A DNA stretch of 64,000 nt from a virus. The notes beneath the pieces were generated by a model. It made no database searches, was not told the DNA's origin, and was given only the letters and a program-made list of their open reading frames with translations. Positions 38,090 through 47,509 of this stretch are shown here, piece by piece. Position numbers and translations under genes: made by a program. The stretch is from positions 27,187-91,186 of the IMG/VR virus record IMGVR_UViG_3300022751_000017, one strand, 5' to 3'. Position 1 is the first letter of the stretch, and each line of letters begins with the position of its first letter.

Positions 38090-41000
38090 ATGGGCGATAA
38101 GAATAAAAAGACCAGCACGGATGCGTGGAGCGACAATGATCTTCCGGTAGTCAGCAACCCTAATGCGTCAGCCAGTCAATCATCATGGGATGACAATGAC
38201 CTCCCATTGATAGAAGATGCTCAAAAAAAAAGCCCTGTCGGTTCCGCATATGGCTTGGCAAACTCTTCGCAAGGTGGTCAGCCAGGCTACTCGCAGGCAG
38301 CGCCGATTGAGAAGGTAGACTGGAATACACCTTCTGCCACTATTGATATGCCTGAAGTGCGAGGCATCACTGTAAATAATTCAGGGAAGCCAATGGCTCA
38401 GGCACTTCCAGCCCAGCAGCCAGCCTCAGTGCCTAAGAAAGTGCGTCCGGCAGCCCACGATGCCACGTCACATATTGCTCAGGACTTTGTAGATAACATG
38501 GATAATCTTGCTCCGCAGTATAAATCTGCGGATGATTTGCATTACAGTGATGTCAACAACCCAATAAATAAGATAACCAATCCGCACGGAGATCCTGAGT
38601 ACACTGCTGGATATATTACATCGCGTCTGGCCCAGGCAAGGCAGGAGTATGAACAAGCCCGTAAGGACATGCAAGCTAGGGCTCTTCATGGAGAACTTCC
38701 TACTCAGGAACAACAAGAGGCGTTTGGTAATTTTACCAGGCAGATGGGAGAGTTGAATAAACTGAAGACATCTGCCGGTGAAATAGTCGCGCTGCAGCTG
38801 TTCAATAAGGACTATTCTACCAAGCATCACGATGAGTCAACCGCCAATACAGCTATCCAGGCTCTCCGAAACCAGAGGGAGGCTGCTATATCAGATATAG
38901 ATAAGAAAATACAGGGCACTTACAAGTACGAGCACCCAGACGGTACATATGCCCAGAAAGAGCGCAATCAGCTGGAGCGACAGAAGGCAGAAATAGCAAA
39001 GCACTATAACCAGCAACAGGCAGAGGTATGGAACCAGACTAAGTATAATCCCATAAATCTTGGTGCGGAATATGCCGCACTCATGGGTGATGCAAAAGCA
39101 AAAGAGGATGTCGAAAAACTCAGGCAGGGCAAGTCTATTGACCCAGCGGCCCAATATAAATATAACCAGCGAGGTGATGAGATTATCAAGTCCGGTACTG
39201 CCGCCGCAACCAATGAAAAAGCAAAGGAGGAGGGGACAAAACATCTGGACGTTTCAGGTGAAAGATTATTCAACAATAACAAGGACTACTTAATTAACCA
39301 GGCGCGGCAAAAAATAGGAAATAAGCGTTATAAGGATGAAAGTGCTCTTCTGCATGCTATAGTTCCATCTGTATTCTTGCCTAATATTTCAAAGGCTGAG
39401 ATCAAGAAGTATGCAGAGGAGGAAGGGCTGGACGAACGGACTACCCAGGAATTGCTTAAGGAACCTGGAGAGATACCTAAATCAGCCAGTTTTCTCCAGC
39501 AGATGGGTAAGTCCATGCTGAACACCGCTGCGCCAATTTACGAGCAGGGAATACGCAATGCAGTACGAATTGTCGGTGGTGATGAAGAGGCTGTAAATGA
39601 GCGCTTCCAGCCAGGATGGGAAGATAATGCCGGTATAGGATCTGTTATTGCTGGGAATATGCCAACTGAGCAGAATAGTTTCAGAAATATCCGCGGTGCG
39701 GTTGGCCAGATACTTGGTGGCGCAGCAGGACTATCCACATTTGCTGGCGAAGTTGGCATTGCAGAGAAGGGCCTGGCAGCACTAGGTATGACCGCCGGTA
39801 AAGCAGAGAAACTTGCTAATTTCGGCGTGATGGCCTTCAGTGGATACAATAATGCTTACCATGAATCTAAGGAAATAATAGGTGATAAACCGGAAGATGA
39901 GTCTAAGCGTCAGTTGTATTCTATGGTGCGCGGTCTTGCTGAAGGGTCTATATTTTCTATCCACCCACCATCCAATCTCGTAAAGAATGCGCTGGGTGAT
40001 ATGGAGAAGTCCGGCGAGCAGTTTTTAAATGAGCTCAAGAGCAAGCCTGTTGCTGAAGTGTTACGTAATAAGCCTGCAATAGCAGACTATGTGGTAAATA
40101 TGGCAAAGGATCTGGGCGTGCAGGTAACACTAGCCGAGGGCAACCAGATAGCTACCAACATCATCAATACCATATCCGACAACAAGAAGCACGACTTAGA
40201 TGAGGGTGTGGTAGAAACCGGCATAAGCACTGCGCTATCAATGGCCATACCTTCTGTAATGAGCGGGTTCCAGCATACGCACATGCAGACGCCACTCAAC
40301 AAGGCTGCCATATTTGAAGTGGGCTCACACCCGGAACAGTATGTTGACCATATCATGCAGATGCGTAATGAGGGCAAGCTTACAGATGCTGAAGCCAACA
40401 AATTGTACCAGGACATTCAAACGATAAATAAAACAGTACAGGTAACCCCAACACACAATACAGATGGAGAGCCACTTACGCCAGATCAGATAAAAGATTA
40501 TGCATTCAACCTGTTACAAGAGGGAGTGCTTACCAAGCGTGTGGATGAGATAAATAAAAAGGCGGAGTCTGCTGGAGTCATTCCTGATAAGGCGCAAACA
40601 TCGCCATTAGAGAAAGGAATATCTGAGCTCACTAAGCAGAGAGAGGAGATTATGAAAACTGCTGGTCAGGGCAGGCCTGTGGAAACACCGGTAGAACAGG
40701 AAGCGGAAGAAAATATTCCTGAAGAAACAAAAGAAAATAATATACCTTTATCATCTGATAATTCCTCATCTAAAAAAGAAGAAAATGAAAGCATCACCAG
40801 CATCAAAGACAATGAAGGGCGGCAAGATGGCCCCGAAATCGAGCGGAGCGAAGAAGACGGGTCCGAACCCGAGCTTCGGAGCGCAGCCGACAGTGAAGGG
40901 CGGAGCCAACAAGAAGAAGATCGGGTACTAAGTTCCGAAAAAGGGAACGAGAAAGAGGCTGCTCAAACTGAGCAGCCTTCTGTCGTTAGGCAAAGAAGTA

Positions 41001-43351
41001 AGCGTAAGTATGCATCTGATAAAGAGGTAGTGTCAGATCTTGGACAGGAGCCATCGAAAGAGCCTATTGAAATACCTGCAGAGGAACCGAGCCAAACCGA
41101 TGCCGCAGTTCCTGAGAAAGCAGAAGAGAAGCCCATCGAAGAACCAGCCGTACAAGAGATCGTTGCAACGAAGGCAAGTGAAGATCCGCTTCCGGCACCC
41201 AAAGAAAGTATTCCTGTATCAGAATTAAACCAAGAAACAGATGCCAGTCCGCAAGCCCAAGCCCAACAGCGAGAAGGGCTTCAACCAAGCGGTGAGCAAG
41301 AACCTGCACGAGTTGAACCAGCCGGAAGTGAAGAAGCGTCCGCAAGCGCAGAAAGTAGCAATAGCGCTGAGCGAGGCGAGGCGAAAGAAATAACCCTACC
41401 TGAAGGCTTCACCACCCGTAAAACCAACGAGACCCGCAAGGACGGCAAGAAAATATTTACTAAAACTGAAGGAGATACCACGCATACGGTTACAGTAAAA
41501 AAAGATGGAACTGCAGTAGTGGAGTCCGTAGATAAATCATCTGGTATTGGTGTAGGTGAGCATTCAAAAACATATGCTGCAGATATCCAGGACTTTGACT
41601 CTCTTGAATCCGCTATAAAGCACGTTAATGAGTATGGTAAAGAAGTGCAAGCGGAAGCGCCGGTAGAAGATACGCATACCACCCGGATTAAAGAAATAGA
41701 CGAAGACCTGCTACGGCAGCGCGCTTCGCAAAAACTGGAGGCCGACAAGCGCAACAAAGCGGATAAGGCCAACAACATAGAAGCCTTCAACAAGGCTAAT
41801 GAGAACTGGTATAAGAAGCAGGAAAGAATAGATAAGCTTGAGGCTGAAAAGTCTAAGATGATTGCTGATCGCAGGTTAAAAGAGCGAGAGGTGCAAATCA
41901 AGGAGTCTTATAGTGCTGCCGCGGATAAGATAAGCTCTATGTATGAGCGTAATAAAAAAAGGCATAAAGGTATTGCTACTGCAAGTTTTACCGGGCTATC
42001 TCATAAAATAGCAGATCACGTCATGGACTTTCTGGTTGCTCGTGTAGTGGATGGGGTGAAAGAGCTAGGGAATATACATGTAGCTATTGACAGGGCCATA
42101 CGAATGGCTAAGGAAAAATATGGCGATGAAGCAAAAAAAATATCCCAGGAGGATGCGCTTAAAATAAAGGAGCATATAGGATATGAGATGCCTCCACAGG
42201 ACAGTGAGCCCGTACTATCCCTGCAGGATGAGGAGGTTGCCAAGCTTGATATAGCGGATATTGAAGCCGGAGTACCATATATAGAAGTAGTGAATGACAT
42301 ATTGAATGATGAAGGGCTAACTGACAAGAAGAAATCAAAAATCCTTAATTACATAGACTGGCATGTACAGGATAGAGATTATCACAATTCGCAGACACTA
42401 AGGGGTAAGAAGTACGATGGTAAATATCTTACAGGCTATGAATTAAAAAATTCCGATCAGATAAGCCCATATTTATCCGGCCACACATTGAAAGATGTGC
42501 ATGATCAGGATGTTCAGTTTGCTGTGAATTCAAAGGAAACGCAGCTGCTCAAAGGCTTGGTAGAAGATACTGCAAATATGGTAGGCCTTGCCAAAAGTCA
42601 TTCCGGGAGCGATGATGTTCTGGTGTATGGCACCGAGATGCTGGGCCACATTAAGAGCATGCCTGATGGTCCAGATGGACTTACGGTAAAGAAGCTGCTT
42701 GCCGTATCCGGGCTGAACAATGAACTGCACGGAGAGCGCATGCGCCTTGAGGAAGAAGCGATTAAAGCCAAGCCGGAGAGAAAAAATGAAATCAGTAACC
42801 GGCTGAATCAGATAAATAAGATGATTGCCCAGGCAGAGATCATGTACCGGGATATCACGAGCAATGCATCCAATGTACTTAATGCGGCCAGGGCAAATCG
42901 TATATTCAGAAACACATACTTTGCAGAGGAATTTGCAAACAAGATATTATCAGAGCAGCAGCTTTCAGCAAAAGAGGACATAGAGGGTGCGATGAGCAAT
43001 ACTACCATACCGGATAAGATAGTAGAGCAAGGTGCCACTGTAGATGCCAGGAAAGCAGAAAAAGACATTGAAGATATTATAGAGCAGAAGAGCAAGTCAG
43101 AGGCAGGACAGAACGTAGAGAGTGATATTACCAGCCAGAAAGAAACAACCAAGCCTAAGAGCAAGGGAAAGTCCCAAGGGGTAGTCGATAAATTACGTGA
43201 GCGCATCCGTAAAAAGAAGAAAGAGGGAGATGCGCGCGAAGAGGTGATAGATAAGAAGACTGCAGAAAAAAAGGCTAATGATTATCTTGCAGGCGCCACA
43301 CTTGAGGATTTATTTAAGAAAGCTAAAGAACAAACCAAGAAGCCATGCTAA
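38090..43351 (+). CDS. Large internal virion/ejection protein 3
   Basis: 1753 aa; Gly/Ala membrane-insertion-like region; acidic linker; single Cys as the last residue. Confidence 0.7.
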   Translation: MGDKNKKTSTDAWSDNDLPVVSNPNASASQSSWDDNDLPLIEDAQKKSPVGSAYGLANSSQGGQPGYSQAAPIEKVDWNTPSATIDMPEVRGITVNNSGKPMAQALPAQQPASVPKKVRPAAHDATSHIAQDFVDNMDNLAPQYKSADDLHYSDVNNPINKITNPHGDPEYTAGYITSRLAQARQEYEQARKDMQARALHGELPTQEQQEAFGNFTRQMGELNKLKTSAGEIVALQLFNKDYSTKHHDESTANTAIQALRNQREAAISDIDKKIQGTYKYEHPDGTYAQKERNQLERQKAEIAKHYNQQQAEVWNQTKYNPINLGAEYAALMGDAKAKEDVEKLRQGKSIDPAAQYKYNQRGDEIIKSGTAAATNEKAKEEGTKHLDVSGERLFNNNKDYLINQARQKIGNKRYKDESALLHAIVPSVFLPNISKAEIKKYAEEEGLDERTTQELLKEPGEIPKSASFLQQMGKSMLNTAAPIYEQGIRNAVRIVGGDEEAVNERFQPGWEDNAGIGSVIAGNMPTEQNSFRNIRGAVGQILGGAAGLSTFAGEVGIAEKGLAALGMTAGKAEKLANFGVMAFSGYNNAYHESKEIIGDKPEDESKRQLYSMVRGLAEGSIFSIHPPSNLVKNALGDMEKSGEQFLNELKSKPVAEVLRNKPAIADYVVNMAKDLGVQVTLAEGNQIATNIINTISDNKKHDLDEGVVETGISTALSMAIPSVMSGFQHTHMQTPLNKAAIFEVGSHPEQYVDHIMQMRNEGKLTDAEANKLYQDIQTINKTVQVTPTHNTDGEPLTPDQIKDYAFNLLQEGVLTKRVDEINKKAESAGVIPDKAQTSPLEKGISELTKQREEIMKTAGQGRPVETPVEQEAEENIPEETKENNIPLSSDNSSSKKEENESITSIKDNEGRQDGPEIERSEEDGSEPELRSAADSEGRSQQEEDRVLSSEKGNEKEAAQTEQPSVVRQRSKRKYASDKEVVSDLGQEPSKEPIEIPAEEPSQTDAAVPEKAEEKPIEEPAVQEIVATKASEDPLPAPKESIPVSELNQETDASPQAQAQQREGLQPSGEQEPARVEPAGSEEASASAESSNSAERGEAKEITLPEGFTTRKTNETRKDGKKIFTKTEGDTTHTVTVKKDGTAVVESVDKSSGIGVGEHSKTYAADIQDFDSLESAIKHVNEYGKEVQAEAPVEDTHTTRIKEIDEDLLRQRASQKLEADKRNKADKANNIEAFNKANENWYKKQERIDKLEAEKSKMIADRRLKEREVQIKESYSAAADKISSMYERNKKRHKGIATASFTGLSHKIADHVMDFLVARVVDGVKELGNIHVAIDRAIRMAKEKYGDEAKKISQEDALKIKEHIGYEMPPQDSEPVLSLQDEEVAKLDIADIEAGVPYIEVVNDILNDEGLTDKKKSKILNYIDWHVQDRDYHNSQTLRGKKYDGKYLTGYELKNSDQISPYLSGHTLKDVHDQDVQFAVNSKETQLLKGLVEDTANMVGLAKSHSGSDDVLVYGTEMLGHIKSMPDGPDGLTVKKLLAVSGLNNELHGERMRLEEEAIKAKPERKNEISNRLNQINKMIAQAEIMYRDITSNASNVLNAARANRIFRNTYFAEEFANKILSEQQLSAKEDIEGAMSNTTIPDKIVEQGATVDARKAEKDIEDIIEQKSKSEAGQNVESDITSQKETTKPKSKGKSQGVVDKLRERIRKKKKEGDAREEVIDKKTAEKKANDYLAGATLEDLFKKAKEQTKKPC
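40785..40931 (+). CDS. Overprinted (+1 frame) 48-aa Lys-rich basic protein
   Basis: MKASPASKTMKGGKMAPKSSGAKKTGPNPSFGAQPTVKGGANKKKIGY; A-rich leader; upstream TACCTTTA; downstream 10-bp hairpin. Confidence 0.65.
   Translation: MKASPASKTMKGGKMAPKSSGAKKTGPNPSFGAQPTVKGGANKKKIGY
40956..40978 (+). terminator. Hairpin after the nested ORF
   Basis: AGGCTGCTCA-aac-TGAGCAGCCT; weak U-tract. Confidence 0.5.
41241..41393 (+). CDS. Overprinted (+1 frame) 50-aa basic protein, DUF6496-like
   Basis: MPVRKPKPNSEKGFNQAVSKNLHELNQPEVKKRPQAQKVAIALSEARRKK; ends in the Q..AIALSEAR signature. Confidence 0.75.
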   Translation: MPVRKPKPNSEKGFNQAVSKNLHELNQPEVKKRPQAQKVAIALSEARRKK

Positions 43352-46300
43352 GGATAGATTGTCTATTGTTAAATACGGAAGTCGCAGATACTGTGCGCAA
43401 AATAGTCGGATATCTGGGGCACAAGGGTATATCCGAAGGCAAGGATGTTTCATTCCGCTCCATGTACAAGGAACTTCGCAAAAACGGGGTAGAGGTTGAC
43501 TTGGAAACTGCTGCCAAAATATATTCCGATGAGCTGCCATTGCATGATCAGCGGTTCACCTCAGAGGCCGATCTTAAATACGATACAGGACATTGGTTTG
43601 ATGATGTAGTGCGCGCCCTGGTTCTTCGTAAGCCAAAGACCGGTGAGAAGGAGATAGGCGAACTATCCCCGGCCCAGGCTGTTGTAAAAGGTATAGCTGA
43701 TGCATTCTCTAACAACGTGCGTGATGATGAAACCACAAAGAGTATCCTGAAGACATTGGAAGATACTTATCGCAAGGGTGCTCAGCGCATGCTGGGGGAA
43801 AAGTCAAACAAGGAAAGCGCAGAAGATACGAGAACAACTGCAGAAATAGTTCAGGAGGCAGTTGATAAAGAGGCGCTGGGCTATCGTAATATAAAGGATG
43901 GGACCATTAACGGTATCGCCAAAATGCATGAAGAAGTCAGAAAGGAGATTGCAGAGCTCACGAGACAAATGGAGGCTTCCGGTGATCACGACAAAGCAGA
44001 GCAGTGGAAAAACTACGCTAAATCACTTGAGGATGCATCATACACACTGATGTTTAGTACTGCAGAGGGGAAGAAGATACTCAATGAGTCCTTAATGGAT
44101 GGCGGCTTCGTGCGTACTACGAAAGAAGGAAAGAGACTACTTGATTGGCAGAAGCTTGCCGGCAATATCAATAGTTATGAGCAGCTACGCCAAAACGTAG
44201 TAGAAGGGCTCACAAAGCAGGGCATCCCGGAAGATACAGCGCACAGGGTTGCAGACAGCATGAGCAAAGAGTTCCGTGACATGCGCGGCAAGATATTGGA
44301 GACCGCAGTAAAGAAATATGAGCGTACAGCTGACTCATGGACAGATGCGGAGCGAAAGGTAAAGGATACGTTGCCGGAGACTGTAGAAAAAAATGTTAAG
44401 GCTTGGCAGAACCTCATAAAGTTTGAGGGCCGTGAAAACAATCCTCTAAAGTTCAATAAAAAAGATGCACAGCGTGTTGTAGGCGATGCGCTTAAGAATA
44501 GCGAACAATATGGCATGGATTTCGGTAAAGATGGCCGCGCCATAGATTGGGTGAATATGTCCCAGGAGCCGCCAACCCAGCAGGCTGTACAGGTCATGGT
44601 AGAAGCGAGACTGCAGGAGCAGGGATTATCTGCAGAGACAGCAGCCCTTACCGCAGAATCTGTATCAGCTGATTATCATAAAGTACTTATGGAAGATATA
44701 GCCTCCAATGCCCAGCGTCTGCTGGACAACCGGCAAGCAGCATTAGATAGGGAGTCCGGGCGCAGCAAGTCAGATTATACACGTCTTGCAGAGCTTCATG
44801 ACCTTGGGGTGTTCAATGGTGCCCACGATAAGCTATTGGCAAAACTACTAGGCATAGAAGAACATGACAGGCAGGCCATGAACGATGTACGTCAGTTTGC
44901 GGAGCAGATGTCTAAGCTACGCCATTTAATGGATGGCAATGACTTCCTTGTGCCTTCCATGCAGCGTGAAGTAGCCCACCAGATACACCAGATAGTAGCA
45001 AGAACAGTAGAGAACAAGACACGCATGCTAAAGGTGATGTCTTCATTGAATAAGGTATACCAACTGGAAAACAGCTCTCTTGTATCAGGGTACCGCAATA
45101 TACTGGAGAACCACCTATCAGGATTTCAGGAGTATATGACCACCAAGGCGAACATGCGCATCAAGTTAGGTGATCTTGCGAAGAGTAAAAAAGACTTGAG
45201 GCAACTTATGGGTGACACATGGAAAGCTATAGCACAAGGCGGGAATGAGTTTGGCCTGGCACCTTACCAGGTTACCGGCAATCAGTTGCGCATCAGCGAT
45301 GAGTACAACCTCAACAAAATGAAGGATATAGACTGGAAGAGCGCCAAGGGTATAGCCAAGGGTGCCGCCAGTGCGATACTTACGGTGCCCAGGGCATTTT
45401 TAAGCGGAACCGATGGCATGTTCAAGACTGGATTATTCCGGCTTCATTTTCTATCAGGCATGCATGATGCGCTAGTACGTACCGGGGAGTATACCCATGA
45501 GCAGGCGCTGGCAGTTCTTAATGATGCATTCTACGGACCTGGGCAGTTGGAGAAGGCCAGGATAAGAGCAAAGGAACTATACGACAAATCCGGAATTAAC
45601 TACGTAAGCAAGAAAGATATCAATATCACCGCAAATGAACTATTGCACGAGAACCTGCTCCAGGAATCTGTGGTAACTCCGGAGATGATTATGGAGGTAC
45701 AGGAGGCAGCATTCAAAATGGCTGGTCTAGGGATGGGTCATGAGAGCAACAACCCGGTTGCCAAGTTGATGCAATCCAGCAAGCGCCATTTCAATATGGC
45801 GGAGCAGCAAGCATTTAATGATGGGCAGTATGGTAAAGCCGCATCTAACCGCATGTTGAATACGATCATCAATAGTGTAGCGCTCCGTTTTGCAGCATCC
45901 CAGGCAAACTGGGCATGGATAAAAGTAGAGCAGTCAGGGGTAGGGATTATATCCGGGTTCACTCACTATATGATGGGTAAGTCTATCAAAGTGGAAGATA
46001 TGTTTGATACAAAAAGAGTCCAAGAACAAGCGGAGCACTACCTCAAAGCACGGCAGTCAGCTGCGCGAGGCGTACTTGGACTTATGGTAAATGCAGCCCT
46101 AACAAATCTTGCCATCCCTGCACTGGCAAAAGCCATATATGGAGATGATGAGGATGCTGTTGATGAACTTTTTGAGAACATGGGAGACAACTACCTGGCT
46201 AAGGCATTATTTCTTAAGACTGTTCCTATATGGGGCCTTGCAGACTATTATAAACACACCACAAAAAGTGGAGCGCCCTCATTGTCTGTAACCGGAGATA

Positions 46301-46641
46301 TCATAAGCAATGTAACCGGATTTGGAGGAACTCATAATAATGCAACTCAATTCGCAGAGGCTATAAAATACCTGCATAGCCCAAAAGAGAACATGAACGA
46401 GCGAGGGTATGCAAAGCTTGGCTCTCTGCTATCAAATAACTTGCCTCATGTTCCATTCTACAAGACAGGGAAGGACGTATTGCAGACCGCTAAGTACTTC
46501 AGCACCGGACATCAGCCTATGTATAATTACCCTCAAAACTTCATGCAGGGGCTGTATGGTGGTGGTGTAACAGAAGATGTTGCGCCATTAATCCCAAGAA
46601 AATGGCAACCTGAGTGGATGGAAGAGTGGAGTGGGGATTAA
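43345..46641 (+). CDS. Large internal virion/ejection protein 4
   Basis: 1098 aa, helical; FLSGTDGMFK motif common in large ejection proteins; single Cys at residue 6. Confidence 0.7.
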   Translation: MLRIDCLLLNTEVADTVRKIVGYLGHKGISEGKDVSFRSMYKELRKNGVEVDLETAAKIYSDELPLHDQRFTSEADLKYDTGHWFDDVVRALVLRKPKTGEKEIGELSPAQAVVKGIADAFSNNVRDDETTKSILKTLEDTYRKGAQRMLGEKSNKESAEDTRTTAEIVQEAVDKEALGYRNIKDGTINGIAKMHEEVRKEIAELTRQMEASGDHDKAEQWKNYAKSLEDASYTLMFSTAEGKKILNESLMDGGFVRTTKEGKRLLDWQKLAGNINSYEQLRQNVVEGLTKQGIPEDTAHRVADSMSKEFRDMRGKILETAVKKYERTADSWTDAERKVKDTLPETVEKNVKAWQNLIKFEGRENNPLKFNKKDAQRVVGDALKNSEQYGMDFGKDGRAIDWVNMSQEPPTQQAVQVMVEARLQEQGLSAETAALTAESVSADYHKVLMEDIASNAQRLLDNRQAALDRESGRSKSDYTRLAELHDLGVFNGAHDKLLAKLLGIEEHDRQAMNDVRQFAEQMSKLRHLMDGNDFLVPSMQREVAHQIHQIVARTVENKTRMLKVMSSLNKVYQLENSSLVSGYRNILENHLSGFQEYMTTKANMRIKLGDLAKSKKDLRQLMGDTWKAIAQGGNEFGLAPYQVTGNQLRISDEYNLNKMKDIDWKSAKGIAKGAASAILTVPRAFLSGTDGMFKTGLFRLHFLSGMHDALVRTGEYTHEQALAVLNDAFYGPGQLEKARIRAKELYDKSGINYVSKKDINITANELLHENLLQESVVTPEMIMEVQEAAFKMAGLGMGHESNNPVAKLMQSSKRHFNMAEQQAFNDGQYGKAASNRMLNTIINSVALRFAASQANWAWIKVEQSGVGIISGFTHYMMGKSIKVEDMFDTKRVQEQAEHYLKARQSAARGVLGLMVNAALTNLAIPALAKAIYGDDEDAVDELFENMGDNYLAKALFLKTVPIWGLADYYKHTTKSGAPSLSVTGDIISNVTGFGGTHNNATQFAEAIKYLHSPKENMNERGYAKLGSLLSNNLPHVPFYKTGKDVLQTAKYFSTGHQPMYNYPQNFMQGLYGGGVTEDVAPLIPRKWQPEWMEEWSGD

Positions 46642-46670
46642 CAAGGAGTTATCCAGTGCCCCTGAAAATA

Positions 46671-46701
46671 AGTAAAGCCACTCGGATTGAGTGGCTTTAC
46701 T
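46671..46701 (+). terminator. Intrinsic terminator
   Basis: AGTAAAGCCACTC-ggatt-GAGTGGCTTTACT. Confidence 0.75.
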
Positions 46702-46807
46702 GCGTAAGATAGTTTTACCCATCCGATATGTAAAAAGTGCCTTTGGCTGTCACAAACATACTTCGAATTTATTTACCGTGCAAGTGAAATACTATTTTAT
46801 TTATCAC

Positions 46808-46815
46808 TATATTTG
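46808..46815 (+). promoter_or_regulatory. -7 box TATATTTG
   Basis: Consensus match about 250 nt upstream of 47067. Confidence 0.55.
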
Positions 46816-47066
46816 TAACTGTCATTTCCCATAGGGGAAAGGACTTGGCGGCCCACATTGCCGTAATTGTGGGATATCTCGGCAACCATGCGCAATATCA
46901 GTAAGCGTTGAAGGAGTATAGAAGTCGTATTGTTTTAGTGCGATTTCGGAAATTAGTTGACCACTCAAATGAGTGGAACAAATCTTAAAATGCATACCCA
47001 CGATGGTATGCATTTTAAGATTAGATTTGTGCCGCCGCAATGGTGCGGTAAAAAAACTTACACAAG

Positions 47067-47345
47067 ATGAATGCAACCGACAAAAAGATTTTCGAGTACG
47101 CCTCTAAGATAAATGAAGCTATTGCTGAATTGTTCAGCGAGGACAGCGATATGCATATTAAAGATTTAGGTGAGGATGATAACCTGACGCTATTTATTCA
47201 CGCAATGGCTACAGTTGCCCCATGTAGTATAGCCAACAAAATTACAGGTCAGGAAATGAATCAATTGGAATTCAACAATGATGCTAATACGTTGATATTT
47301 CAGTACGCAAAACAAGCGGATAAAGAAGATACAGACAATCCGTAG
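47067..47345 (+). CDS. Hypothetical acidic protein
   Basis: 92-aa ORF with leader and terminator. Confidence 0.65.
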   Translation: MNATDKKIFEYASKINEAIAELFSEDSDMHIKDLGEDDNLTLFIHAMATVAPCSIANKITGQEMNQLEFNNDANTLIFQYAKQADKEDTDNP

Positions 47346-47371
47346 TTTCCGTAAGTTTCTACGGACAACAG

Positions 47372-47400
47372 GCCGACACTATCATGGTGTCGGTTTTTTT
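47372..47400 (+). terminator. Intrinsic terminator
   Basis: GCCGACAC...GTGTCGGT followed by a T-run. Confidence 0.8.
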
Positions 47401-47509
47401 ATTATCTTTACAATTCAAATAGCGCTGGAACCGCTAATCAACTTACTGCCTTACATGATATTGCTATGTTCCAGATAGCAATGGATTGTAGGGCATTGTT
47501 AATTTTATT

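Noticed and set aside
41040-41228. 62-aa +1-frame basic ORF between the two nested genes
   Set aside because: TTG start, no A-rich leader, no family motif; the expected shadow of a Glu/Pro-rich frame. Not excluded, but unsupported.
43345-43351. Frameshift or sequencing error splitting one giant gene
   Set aside because: Clean ATG/stop overlap with an A-rich leader and the terminal Cys pattern indicate two genuine genes.
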